The notes under the pieces are model-generated. The model was not told where the DNA came from. It made no database searches and was given only the letters and a program-made list of their open reading frames with translations. Of a stretch of 34,877 bases of DNA, positions 9,167-15,965 are shown one piece after another. The position numbers and the translations under genes were made by a program. The stretch comes from a virus, in IMG/VR virus record IMGVR_UViG_3300021963_000013. One strand, 5' to 3'. The stretch's first letter is position 1. Every line of letters starts with the position of its first letter.

Positions 9167-9194
9167 AAACCCTCAGATTAAAGAGGGTTTTTTT
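9167..9194 (+). terminator. rho-independent terminator ending the structural/lysis operon
   Basis: AAACCCTC pairs with GAGGGTTT, followed by T7. It is preceded by a second hairpin, ACACGGT (9121-9127) with ACCGTGT (9151-9157). Confidence 0.75.
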
Positions 9195-9290
9195 ATTTAA
9201 TGCGGGTTAAATCAATCATTAACACTAAAAAAATAAGTTAATGTCTGTTATTACAAGCAAAAATATATACTTTGTATAGAATAACAAACA

Positions 9291-9354
9291 TTTTATACCG
9301 ATAGGGTATACTTTGATAAAAATAAGCGTATTTCTTATCATATCGGGTATAAAA
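9291..9354. promoter_or_regulatory. inverted repeat in a 322-nt non-coding AT-rich region (operator or binding-site candidate)
   Basis: TTTTATACCGATA (9291-9303) versus TATCGGGTATAAAA (9341-9354) match as reverse complements with a 1-nt indel. The spacer carries a GATAA...TTATC near-palindrome. Confidence 0.35.
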
Positions 9355-9442
9355 TTATTATTTATAATCATTCTAAATAAAATACTAACTTACTAACTAT
9401 TAAAATTTTTCGTACTTTCGTAATAATTTAAAAACTAAATTT

Positions 9443-10549
9443 ATGAAAGACGGAAACAAACGATTTCACATTAAAGACAATTTAGCGATAATGTTAGGAT
9501 TGACTTTAAACGAAAACAAGAACTACAGACTTTCGCCCGAAAAACAAATCGAACTACAAAAGTTAAGGGCAAATAATGGTATTTTAGACGCTTGCGAAAA
9601 TGTAGGCGTAAATGCTGAAAACGCTCCGATGTTATGGCTTAAAACTAAACACGAAAGCGTAAGAGTTACAAATCCATTATTTAAAGCACCTGAGCAATTA
9701 AACTACGAGTTGCTTCAAAAGTCATTATTAAGCGATTTAAAAGACTATTCACCTAAATATAACGCTTATCAAAGGGAAACTTTAAAAGACGCTAATTTGT
9801 TAGTTGTAGACCCAGCAGACATACACATAGGTAAATTATGCAGTGCGTTTGAAGTTGGCGAAAGCTACGATAATCAAATAGCCGTTAGCAGAGTGTTAAA
9901 CGGTGTTAATGGAGTACTCGACAAAACAAGTAGTTTTAATATAGATAAAGTGTTATTTGTTATTGGTAATGACATTTTACACATCGATAATCCAAAAAGA
10001 ACAACCACAAGCGGAACGCCACAAGATACTGACGGAATTTGGCACTCTAATTTTTTAATTGCTAAACAACTTTATATCGATATTATCGAGAAGTTAATTT
10101 GCGTTGCTGATGTTCACGTTGTTTTTAACCCAAGTAACCACGATTATACAAACGGTTTCTTTTTAGCGCAAGTTATCGAAACGCATTTTAAAAACTGCGA
10201 GAATGTTACTTTTGATTGTAGCATTTCACATCGTAAGTATTTTGTTTATGGTCAAAATCTAATAGGAACTACTCACGGTGACGGTGCTAAAACTCAAGAC
10301 TTACCTTTGCTTATGGCCAATGAGAGTAAAGATTGGTCTAATTGTAAACATAGATACATATATTTGCACCACTTTCACCATAAAGTCGCTAAAGATTATA
10401 TGAGCGTTTGTGTTGAAGCTTTGAGAAGTCCAAGCGGGACAGATAGTTGGCATCACCGTAACGGCTACGAACACGCACCAAAAGCCGTTGAGGGTTTTAT
10501 ACATAGCAAAGAACACGGACAAATCGCACGAATAACACATTTATTTTAA
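9443..10549 (+). CDS. calcineurin-like metallophosphoesterase
   Basis: Ordered motifs DPADIH (DxH), GND..H, NPSNHD (GNHD-like), GTTHGDG and HHFHH. Confidence 0.75.
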   Translation: MKDGNKRFHIKDNLAIMLGLTLNENKNYRLSPEKQIELQKLRANNGILDACENVGVNAENAPMLWLKTKHESVRVTNPLFKAPEQLNYELLQKSLLSDLKDYSPKYNAYQRETLKDANLLVVDPADIHIGKLCSAFEVGESYDNQIAVSRVLNGVNGVLDKTSSFNIDKVLFVIGNDILHIDNPKRTTTSGTPQDTDGIWHSNFLIAKQLYIDIIEKLICVADVHVVFNPSNHDYTNGFFLAQVIETHFKNCENVTFDCSISHRKYFVYGQNLIGTTHGDGAKTQDLPLLMANESKDWSNCKHRYIYLHHFHHKVAKDYMSVCVEALRSPSGTDSWHHRNGYEHAPKAVEGFIHSKEHGQIARITHLF

Positions 10550-10553
10550 TATT

Positions 10554-10754
10554 ATGATACCAAACCACTACCCACAAATCTACGATGTTATAGACTTTGT
10601 GAAAGACAACGATTTAAACTTTAACGAGGGCAACGTTATAAAATACGTAGTCCGTTGCAGAAAAAAGGGAACACATTTACAAGACCTACAAAAAGCGAAA
10701 GACTATTTAGAGCGTGAAATAGATTACTTAACTAAAAAAGAGTTACAGAGATGA
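10554..10754 (+). CDS. DUF3310-family phage protein
   Basis: The pattern 'HY...D.IDF......F..GNVIKYV.R...KG...DL.KA.DYL' matches my recollection of DUF3310. Confidence 0.55.
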   Translation: MIPNHYPQIYDVIDFVKDNDLNFNEGNVIKYVVRCRKKGTHLQDLQKAKDYLEREIDYLTKKELQR

Positions 10755-11059
10755 AAACTGCAATAGCTGAATTAATAGAAATTAATAATAGAAACATTAA
10801 AAAATTAAAAGAATTATCTAAAACAGAAGAAAATAGATTTTATCAAGGTATGTTAACTTATGCACAAGCATTTAATTTAGATTTACAACACTTTAAAAAA
10901 TTAGAAAGAGAAATAATAAATGATGTTTACGATAATGCTTTACAGAATGAAAAACAGTTAGATTTAACACAAGGCTGTGAAAATCCACATTGTGATAATG
11001 GTAAAATAGAAATGCCTTATAATGAATTTATTAATTGTTCAATTTGTGAAAATAAATAA
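10751..11059 (+). CDS. hypothetical protein with a C-terminal Cys4 zinc-ribbon-like motif
   Basis: ATGA overlap with the upstream gene. Contains 'CENPHCDNG...CSIC'. Confidence 0.5.
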   Translation: MKTAIAELIEINNRNIKKLKELSKTEENRFYQGMLTYAQAFNLDLQHFKKLEREIINDVYDNALQNEKQLDLTQGCENPHCDNGKIEMPYNEFINCSICENK

Positions 11060-11061
11060 TT

Positions 11062-11466
11062 ATGGCAGTAAACTTATTACATAAATTGCCAAAAAAATAT
11101 TCTATAAATGGCATTGAGTACTATACGAGAACTAACGAAAAAGTAAATGACGTAAAAAACTTGACAAAATCAAATAACCATCAAATAAATAATATGAGTG
11201 ATAGTAAGGAATTAGAAGATGTTAACCGCATTAATGAGGTAAACATATCAAATAAAAAATTAAAAATAACTTTTGAAGATTGGCACTATACTTGTGGTGA
11301 TGGATGTTGTGATAATTACGGAACTTACCTATACTTAAACGACGAAAAGTTAGAACACCCCAATCCCGAAATACACGACAACGGGTATTTAGGTCAAGAT
11401 TTGCAAACTGGATTAGAAGCAGTATTAAAGAAATTGGGATATGAAGTTGAATTTGATAACAGATAA
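11062..11466 (+). CDS. hypothetical protein
   Basis: 134-aa ORF in the operon, 2 nt after the previous stop. Confidence 0.5.
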   Translation: MAVNLLHKLPKKYSINGIEYYTRTNEKVNDVKNLTKSNNHQINNMSDSKELEDVNRINEVNISNKKLKITFEDWHYTCGDGCCDNYGTYLYLNDEKLEHPNPEIHDNGYLGQDLQTGLEAVLKKLGYEVEFDNR

Positions 11467-11469
11467 CAA

Positions 11470-11592
11470 ATGAGCCAAACACCACTTCAGAGAATTAACC
11501 GAATATTAGCGTTTTATTACAAACGTGGAACGAATAAAGAGAGCGTTAATAAAGTTTACAGAAACATTTTAAAACTTAAATTTAACAAATGA
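11470..11592 (+). CDS. small hypothetical protein (40 aa), below the ORF-track cutoff
   Basis: The ATG at 11470 is 3 nt after the previous stop. Its TGA overlaps the ATG of the next gene (ATGA at 11589-11592). Confidence 0.3.
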   Translation: MSQTPLQRINRILAFYYKRGTNKESVNKVYRNILKLKFNK

Positions 11593-12035
11593 AAAAAACA
11601 TTAATTATATTAAGCGCATTCGTTCTATTCGGGTGCGCTTCTCGCAAAGTTTCTAAAACCGAAGTTAAAGAAACAACAGAAGTAAAAGCAATCGACACTA
11701 CAAAAACAGTAACAGAAAGCGAAAAAACAGAAAATAGTGTAGACACTTCAACTATTAACGAAATAGAGATTATACCGATTGACAATACTAAACCGATTAT
11801 CTATAACAACAAAAAGGTTTTTAACGGTATTTTAAGGCTTAAAACAACTAAAGTCAATAAAGTAGTAGAGATTACAGAGAAATTCGCTAAAATCGAACAA
11901 AAAGGCGTAAATAAAAGCGGTAAACAAGTTATCGAAGTAAAGCAAAAAGAAACCGAGCGTAAAAGTTTTTTTAGTTGGTGGTGGTTATTGCTTTTAATTC
12001 CGATTTATTTTTTGTATAAAAAGTATTTTAAATAG
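11589..12035 (+). CDS. lipoprotein with a C-terminal transmembrane anchor (u-spanin-like architecture)
   Basis: Signal peptide plus lipobox 'SAFVLFGC'. The middle is T/K/E-rich. C-terminal transmembrane segment 'FFSWWWLLLLIPIYFLY'. Confidence 0.55.
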   Translation: MKKTLIILSAFVLFGCASRKVSKTEVKETTEVKAIDTTKTVTESEKTENSVDTSTINEIEIIPIDNTKPIIYNNKKVFNGILRLKTTKVNKVVEITEKFAKIEQKGVNKSGKQVIEVKQKETERKSFFSWWWLLLLIPIYFLYKKYFK

Positions 12036-12090
12036 AAAAAAAGTTTATCTTTACAATGTTTTCATAATATTTAGTTTTTGGTTGATTGAT

Positions 12091-12127
12091 AAAAACCCCA
12101 CGCTTAGAAGATAAGGTGGGGTTTTTT
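12091..12127. terminator. bidirectional rho-independent terminator between the convergent arms
   Basis: A5-ACCCCAC...GTGGGGT-T6. The hairpin is flanked by an A-run and a T-run, so it can terminate in both directions. Confidence 0.75.
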
Positions 12128-12131
12128 GATT

Positions 12132-12407
12132 TTATAATCCTTTTTCGTCTTTATAAATTTCTAATAGTTCGCTCATTTTATATTTACTAACATTACCATC
12201 AATAGTATATGTTTCTCCAATTTCTGTACTGTCAAAAAAATCTATTCTTTTTTTAATACACCACTCTGCAAATCCAATAGCAAATTCATCTGCTATTTGT
12301 ATTAAATTATTAATGTTTAAATAATAATTATCAATATCTTTTTGTGATGGATTTGCTTCTAAAGGTAAATTTTGAACTTTGTCTGTTATTTTTTGTATTA
12401 GTGTCAT
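12132..12407 (-). CDS. hypothetical protein
   Basis: 91-aa ORF, last gene of the minus arm. Overlaps the upstream gene by 4 nt. Confidence 0.55.
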   Translation of the reverse strand: MTLIQKITDKVQNLPLEANPSQKDIDNYYLNINNLIQIADEFAIGFAEWCIKKRIDFFDSTEIGETYTIDGNVSKYKMSELLEIYKDEKGL

Positions 12408-12607
12408 ATCTTAAATGTTTCGTTGTAGTATTTTTCAGCTCTAATTTCGCCATCCATTATTCCGTTAACATCGCCTTCGCTATAAGCATCAATAATCTGT
12501 TGCTTCTCCATTTCTTTGGCTTGTTCAATTTCTTTTTTGTACAAATTGAAATTATGCCCTAACCTTGTTAATTCTTGTACTAAAAATTCTACTGCTGTTT
12601 TTTTCAT
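12404..12607 (-). CDS. hypothetical protein
   Basis: 67-aa ORF, translationally coupled to the next gene. Confidence 0.55.
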   Translation of the reverse strand: MKKTAVEFLVQELTRLGHNFNLYKKEIEQAKEMEKQQIIDAYSEGDVNGIMDGEIRAEKYYNETFKI

Positions 12608-12640
12608 CTTATTTCTTTTTAAATGTTTTGTTTGTGATTT

Positions 12641-12793
12641 TCATATCTTGAATTCTATGAATGATAAATTACCTCTAATGTCATTAGTATTACAAAAATA
12701 AGGAAGTTTCCATCCGTAAAATACTAAACATTTATTAACCCACTTTGGAAATAAAACAAATCGTAAATAAAACTTTGGTTTCATATTATTCAT
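12641..12793 (-). CDS. small hypothetical protein (50 aa), below the ORF-track cutoff
   Basis: ATG at 12793, TGA at 12641-12643. It fills an otherwise empty gap and is preceded by a TAATTTTG -7-like box (12819-12826). Confidence 0.25.
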   Translation of the reverse strand: MNNMKPKFYLRFVLFPKWVNKCLVFYGWKLPYFCNTNDIRGNLSFIEFKI

Positions 12794-12818
12794 TATTAGA
12801 AATTAAGTAATACCAAAG

Positions 12819-12826
12819 CAAAATTA
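12819..12826 (-). promoter_or_regulatory. -7-like box TAATTTTG (Bacteroidota TAnnTTTG)
   Basis: The plus strand reads CAAAATTA. Only a weak TTTA sits at the -33 position. Confidence 0.3.
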
Positions 12827-12870
12827 TCTTCGGTCTTATAAACTCGTATGCAATCCATATTAAAAGTATT

Positions 12871-13080
12871 TCATTTTAATAAGTCTTTAATTCGCTCAAT
12901 CACTAACTCGGTTAAATCCTTATCGGTTAGCCCTAATTTTTTACCGAACGTTACATATTGCTCGATGTTAAACTTTGTAGCTCGTTCGTACTGTAGCCTT
13001 TGCGTGTGGCTTAATTCAAGTCTATTGCAAATATCTGTATTGCTCAATCCTGATTGCTTAAATAGTTGTTGGTATATCAT
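12871..13080 (-). CDS. XRE/Cro-like helix-turn-helix protein
   Basis: 'QSGLSNTDICNRLELSHTQRLQYERA' fits the XRE helix-turn-helix pattern. Confidence 0.45.
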   Translation of the reverse strand: MIYQQLFKQSGLSNTDICNRLELSHTQRLQYERATKFNIEQYVTFGKKLGLTDKDLTELVIERIKDLLK

Positions 13081-13096
13081 AGTTTTAAATTTTTAA

Positions 13097-13129
13097 CAAA
13101 TATAGTAATTATTTTATAACTGTTGCAAA
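13097..13129 (-). promoter_or_regulatory. Bacteroidota-type promoter TTTG-N21-TATATTTG
   Basis: On the plus strand, CAAATATA (13097-13104) and CAAA (13126-13129) are 21 nt apart. The site is 17 nt upstream of the ATG at 13080. Confidence 0.45.
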
Positions 13130-13371
13130 TAATTTAATTTGCTTTCGTAAATGTGGTAATTAACGTAAATAACTTGCGGTATTATTATATCGCTATTGTT
13201 GTTAAAGTTCTTAAGTTTAAAAACTTCGTCTTCGTTGAAATACCGTTCTTTTCTGTAGCCTTGTACAATTCTAAGCCGTAATGGTATTTTTAATTTATCG
13301 GCTCTGTATTTCATTCCGCTACTGCTTAAATTGGTAATTATCTGTACTTCTTTTGATGTGTATGTTTTCAT
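13114..13371 (-). CDS. putative DNA-binding protein (MerR/excisionase-like HTH)
   Basis: 'YTSKEVQIITNLSSSGMKYRADKLKI' and 'ERYFNEDEVFKL' resemble MerR/Xis-type helix-turn-helix regions. Confidence 0.35.
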   Translation of the reverse strand: MKTYTSKEVQIITNLSSSGMKYRADKLKIPLRLRIVQGYRKERYFNEDEVFKLKNFNNNSDIIIPQVIYVNYHIYESKLNYLQQL

Positions 13372-13434
13372 TTTTAATCGTTTTTGGAAGATTGGCGAAA
13401 CAAACCTTCGCTTATCATTGAGTTATGTGCAAGG

Positions 13435-13755
13435 CTACGAAAGGGCATCTAAATCAGATTTTAGTCTTGAAACCAAACTATCTTCTCCATCATCTCCAGA
13501 AAGATACCAATCAATTCTTTGAGCGTATATTTCAGCTTTTTTTAATATTTCAATTCCATCTTTAAAAATTTGCTGTACATCTTCTCTATAAACGTGGTCA
13601 AATCTTTCTTCGGGATATTTTTCAAAATATTCTTTATCGTAATATCTTAAATCCTCTTTCGATTTTTCTTTACCTTGTTTATCCAATTCTTGTTGAATAT
13701 CCTCCCAAATTTGTCTTATTTTGTACTGATTGTAATCAAAAGCTCCTCCGCTCAT
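13435..13755 (-). CDS. hypothetical protein (106 aa from the ATG at 13755)
   Basis: The track ORF starts at 13791, inside hairpin cassette I1. The 'MSGGAFDY...' start at 13755 sits behind the conserved leader AAAACTAAAC and is preferred. Confidence 0.55.
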   Translation of the reverse strand: MSGGAFDYNQYKIRQIWEDIQQELDKQGKEKSKEDLRYYDKEYFEKYPEERFDHVYREDVQQIFKDGIEILKKAEIYAQRIDWYLSGDDGEDSLVSRLKSDLDALS

Positions 13756-13784
13756 AATGTTTAGTTTTATAACCCGCCCAGCAC

Positions 13785-13914
13785 ATAACAAGTGTTTGGC
13801 AAAAAAGCGGGTTCTGTTATTAATTTAAAGTTTGTTTTTTCTTTGTATGTTTGGGTACTTAATCAAAGTTTTAGGCTTATTTAACCGCTTCTTCGCCAAG
13901 CACTCGAACGTTAT
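13785..13914 (-). repeat. intergenic hairpin cassette I1 (130 nt)
   Basis: Conserved ends are ATAACA (left) and AACGTTAT (right). AGTGTTTGGC (13791-13800) pairs with GCCAAGCACT (13895-13904). Inner stem is AAGCGG (13805-13810) with CCGCTT (13885-13890). Confidence 0.6.
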
Positions 13915-13931
13915 AAGAAATAGCTACGAAA

Positions 13932-14150
13932 CTACTTCAAAGAACATTTTTCCTCACAACCTAACTTTATTCCTTTTCTATATTCTTCTAATGAGATTGT
14001 CTTAATGTCAAGATTGAATTTAGAAACTTCTTTCATAAAATCTTTTGTAGTTTCTTTTGTCATTGTGTGCAAGATTGAAACTCTTACAGCATTTCCACAT
14101 TCAGGACAAATACTCATTTTTACTTTTACGTCTTTTTCTTCGATTTCCAT
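13932..14150 (-). CDS. hypothetical zinc-ribbon protein
   Basis: 72 aa with 'CPECGNAV' and a C-terminal 'CEEKC'. Confidence 0.5.
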   Translation of the reverse strand: MEIEEKDVKVKMSICPECGNAVRVSILHTMTKETTKDFMKEVSKFNLDIKTISLEEYRKGIKLGCEEKCSLK

Positions 14151-14184
14151 AATAATATTTAGTTTTAAAATCCCGCTACTTCTT

Positions 14185-14259
14185 ATAACAGGTGTTTGTA
14201 AATACCAGCCGAATTTATGTTGGTGCGTAGGCTGGCATCTACAAGCACCAAAACGTTAT
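14185..14259 (-). repeat. intergenic hairpin cassette I2 (75 nt)
   Basis: ATAACA, then GGTGTTTGTA pairing with TACAAGCACC, then AACGTTAT. Inner stem is CCAGCC with GGCTGG. The arms are homologous to I1 but the inner stem differs. Confidence 0.6.
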
Positions 14260-14267
14260 GTGATACT

Positions 14268-14564
14268 TTAGTAGTAAGACATCTTACCGAATGGATTAGG
14301 CGAATTGTAAATCTTTTTCATATTCAATCTTTCACGCCAAAACTTGCCGTACTTTTTATTTATTTCGCATCTTGCATTTACGTGAGGATTTGTATCTCCG
14401 TTAGCTTCAAGTTCTTTTGATAAATGATATAATTCAGTTGATATTTGTTTAGTATATTTATCAATTATTTTTTCATCTGTATTCGGTAAAGCATCAATAA
14501 AAGCATCACATAACACAGGTTTTGTGCTATTGCTTGGTTCGGTGTTTTCTGAATGTTTAGTCAT
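14268..14564 (-). CDS. hypothetical protein
   Basis: 98-aa ORF between cassettes I2 and I3. Confidence 0.5.
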   Translation of the reverse strand: MTKHSENTEPSNSTKPVLCDAFIDALPNTDEKIIDKYTKQISTELYHLSKELEANGDTNPHVNARCEINKKYGKFWRERLNMKKIYNSPNPFGKMSYY

Positions 14565-14640
14565 AATCTTTTATTTTTAGTGTTTAAATTAATGTTTTGG
14601 TTTATTTTTGGGCAACAGACACAAAGCCACAAAACGTTAT
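14565..14640 (-). repeat. degenerate cassette I3 (right arm only)
   Basis: ACAAAGCCACAAAACGTTATG is homologous to the I2 right arm. There is no ATAACA left end. AACGTTAT overlaps the stop codon of 14637..14918. Confidence 0.35.
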
Positions 14641-14918
14641 GACACATCAAATACTACCACATCATCAATATCATAATACCCCGTCGATGTAATTAATATA
14701 CATTTTTCTTTTAATATTTTAATAAATAGGACTTCGCCTTTATCTGTTTTTGTAAAGGCTTTGTAAATCATTACACCATCACGCAATCTCTTTACCTGAA
14801 TGCAATGCCAATGCGTTAACCAATAATTTCGGGGAAAACTATCTATACCAGCCTGAGATTTTGGTTTATGAGTAACACCTGATTGATGATTTAGCACCAT
14901 TTCAACTTCATAATTCAT
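14637..14918 (-). CDS. hypothetical protein
   Basis: 93-aa ORF. Confidence 0.5.
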   Translation of the reverse strand: MNYEVEMVLNHQSGVTHKPKSQAGIDSFPRNYWLTHWHCIQVKRLRDGVMIYKAFTKTDKGEVLFIKILKEKCILITSTGYYDIDDVVVFDVS

Positions 14919-14953
14919 TTTGTCTAATTTAAGTTGTTAATAATTGACGTGTC

Positions 14954-15014
14954 ATAACAATGTACATAACGACAGACTCCTATCGTCGCCCGATCGTATG
15001 TACTTGAACGTTAT
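14954..15014 (-). repeat. intergenic hairpin cassette I4 (61 nt)
   Basis: ATAACAAT, then GTACATA (14962-14968) pairing with TATGTAC (14997-15003), then AACGTTAT. Confidence 0.55.
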
Positions 15015-15022
15015 ATGATAGC

Positions 15023-15379
15023 TTACCCAAGTTTGCGTTTAAGCCTCTCTGCAAGTTCGTAATCTTCATTTTCAACGGCTTTTTGTATTTGTTGTTCAAT
15101 TGATAAATTACTAATAACATCTTCTTGTCCTTCAAGTAATGTTTTCGGGTCAATATATTCAATCCATCCTTCCGACCATAAATCAAGTGCAACATTTGAA
15201 ATATGTTCTTCTCCAAGCATATTGCTCATAAATCTATTATTGTTTTTAAAATATATTTGTCCGTTAGCAATTCCAATTAAAACTAATTCATCGCCCATAT
15301 AACTTCTATCTCCAAATCCATTAGCAGGTTTAATTCTTGTGATTTTGTCACCTTTTTTAAATTCAAATATTGTTTTCAT
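15023..15379 (-). CDS. hypothetical protein with a C-terminal UVR-like motif
   Basis: 'IEQQIQKAVENEDYELAERLKRKL' resembles the UvrB/UvrC (UVR) motif. Confidence 0.5.
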   Translation of the reverse strand: MKTIFEFKKGDKITRIKPANGFGDRSYMGDELVLIGIANGQIYFKNNNRFMSNMLGEEHISNVALDLWSEGWIEYIDPKTLLEGQEDVISNLSIEQQIQKAVENEDYELAERLKRKLG

Positions 15380-15404
15380 AATTACGTTTTTAAAAAGCCA
15401 TCAT

Positions 15405-15531
15405 ATAACAATGCATTGTAGCAATTGCGGCATAAGGCTTAATTAATAAATGTTTTTGTACTTGTTTGGTTAGGTTTTGAATCGATAATTTGGCAGTCCT
15501 AATCCCAACTGCAACAATGCTTTAACGTTAG
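15405..15531 (-). repeat. intergenic hairpin cassette I5 (127 nt)
   Basis: ATAACAAT, then GCATTGT (15413-15419) pairing with ACAATGC (15514-15520), then AACGTTA. Confidence 0.55.
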
Positions 15532-15539
15532 TGGTAATG

Positions 15540-15743
15540 CTAACCAAAGTCTATAACACGACCTTTTCCGCTTTCGTACCATTTAGTAACACTTCCAGCT
15601 TCTTCAATTTGTTTATTTGTTTCAGCTTCTACTTTTCGGTAAGAATCTCTCATTCTTTGCTTATCTTCTTCTTTCGGGCAGTCATAAAATGAATCCGTGT
15701 CAAGTAATAATTTTTCTAATTCTTCGTCTGTTAAATTTCTCAT
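15540..15743 (-). CDS. hypothetical protein
   Basis: 67-aa acidic ORF. Confidence 0.5.
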   Translation of the reverse strand: MRNLTDEELEKLLLDTDSFYDCPKEEDKQRMRDSYRKVEAETNKQIEEAGSVTKWYESGKGRVIDFG

Positions 15744-15783
15744 TTTTAATACAATTTAGTTGTTAATTAACCCGTACTACCGC

Positions 15784-15910
15784 TAACAATGCATAACACT
15801 AATTACGGTTTCGGTCTTGAATTTATAGTTTAGTTTGTATCAGTGATACGGTTTTTAATCTGAAAGTTTCGGCTTATTTAGTCCGTAACTAGAGTTATGC
15901 TCAACGTTAT
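15784..15910 (-). repeat. intergenic hairpin cassette I6 (127 nt)
   Basis: The left side runs TAACAAT, GCATAAC, a, CTA, a, TTACGG (15791-15808). It pairs with CCGTAA, c, TAG, a, GTTATGC (15883-15900), and AACGTTAT ends the cassette. That is 16 bp with two 1x1 mismatches. Confidence 0.6.
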
Positions 15911-15925
15911 AATCAACAATCTCAA

Positions 15926-15933
15926 CAAAGATA
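15926..15933 (-). promoter_or_regulatory. -7-like box TATCTTTG just upstream of cassette I6
   Basis: The plus strand reads CAAAGATA. The same octamer occurs at 24599-24606 and 25298-25305. No clear -33 TTTG. Confidence 0.3.
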
Positions 15934-15965
15934 GTAATTATTTTAATACGTTTAACTTTTTTATG

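Noticed and set aside
13372-13434. A possible seventh hairpin cassette (GGCGAA with TTCGC, followed by GAGTTATGTG).
   Set aside because: Only a GTTATGTG fragment resembles the I2 right end. There is no ATAACA left end, and the stem is only 5-6 bp. This is too weak to count.
12344-13522. Plus-strand ORFs inside the minus-strand early arm (12344-12562, 12516-12701, 12848-13096, 13331-13522, 14005-14271, 14217-14420, 16829-17107, 17614-17859, 17891-18085, 18740-18922, 20892-21104, 21369-21572, 22133-22369, 23736-24098, 24120-24317).
   Set aside because: They are antisense to better-supported minus-strand genes. Their translations are hydrophobic and low-complexity, and they break the uniform strand polarity of the arm.
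13756-13791. N-terminal extensions given by the ORF track for 13435-13791, 25099-25332, 15966-16775 and 7800-8168.
   Set aside because: The extra codons run into a hairpin cassette, a promoter, or deep into the upstream gene. Internal ATGs at 13755, 25275, 16709 and 7824 give normal spacing or overlaps and sensible N-termini.
14980-15216. A 78-aa minus-strand ORF overlapping 15023-15379 in another frame; also 17788-17970 inside the PAPS-reductase gene.
   Set aside because: They are shorter alternative frames inside longer ORFs that carry motifs (UVR-like, PP-loop). The 14980 ORF would also run through hairpin cassette I4.
13785-15910. The possibility that the repeated intergenic elements form a CRISPR array or tRNA-like genes.
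   Set aside because: The repeats are not identical direct repeats. The 'spacers' are 200-360-nt protein-coding ORFs, and no cas genes are present. No cloverleaf or GTTCRANYC T-loop with flanking stems could be drawn.
13785-15910. Calling the hairpin cassettes bona fide integron attC sites.
   Set aside because: The AAC...GTT-ended imperfect hairpins, variable length and one-ORF-per-unit layout do resemble attC. However, the ends do not fit RYYYAAC/GTTRRRY well, and no IntI-type or other tyrosine recombinase is encoded in this genome. The idea is kept only as a low-prior alternative in the finding.
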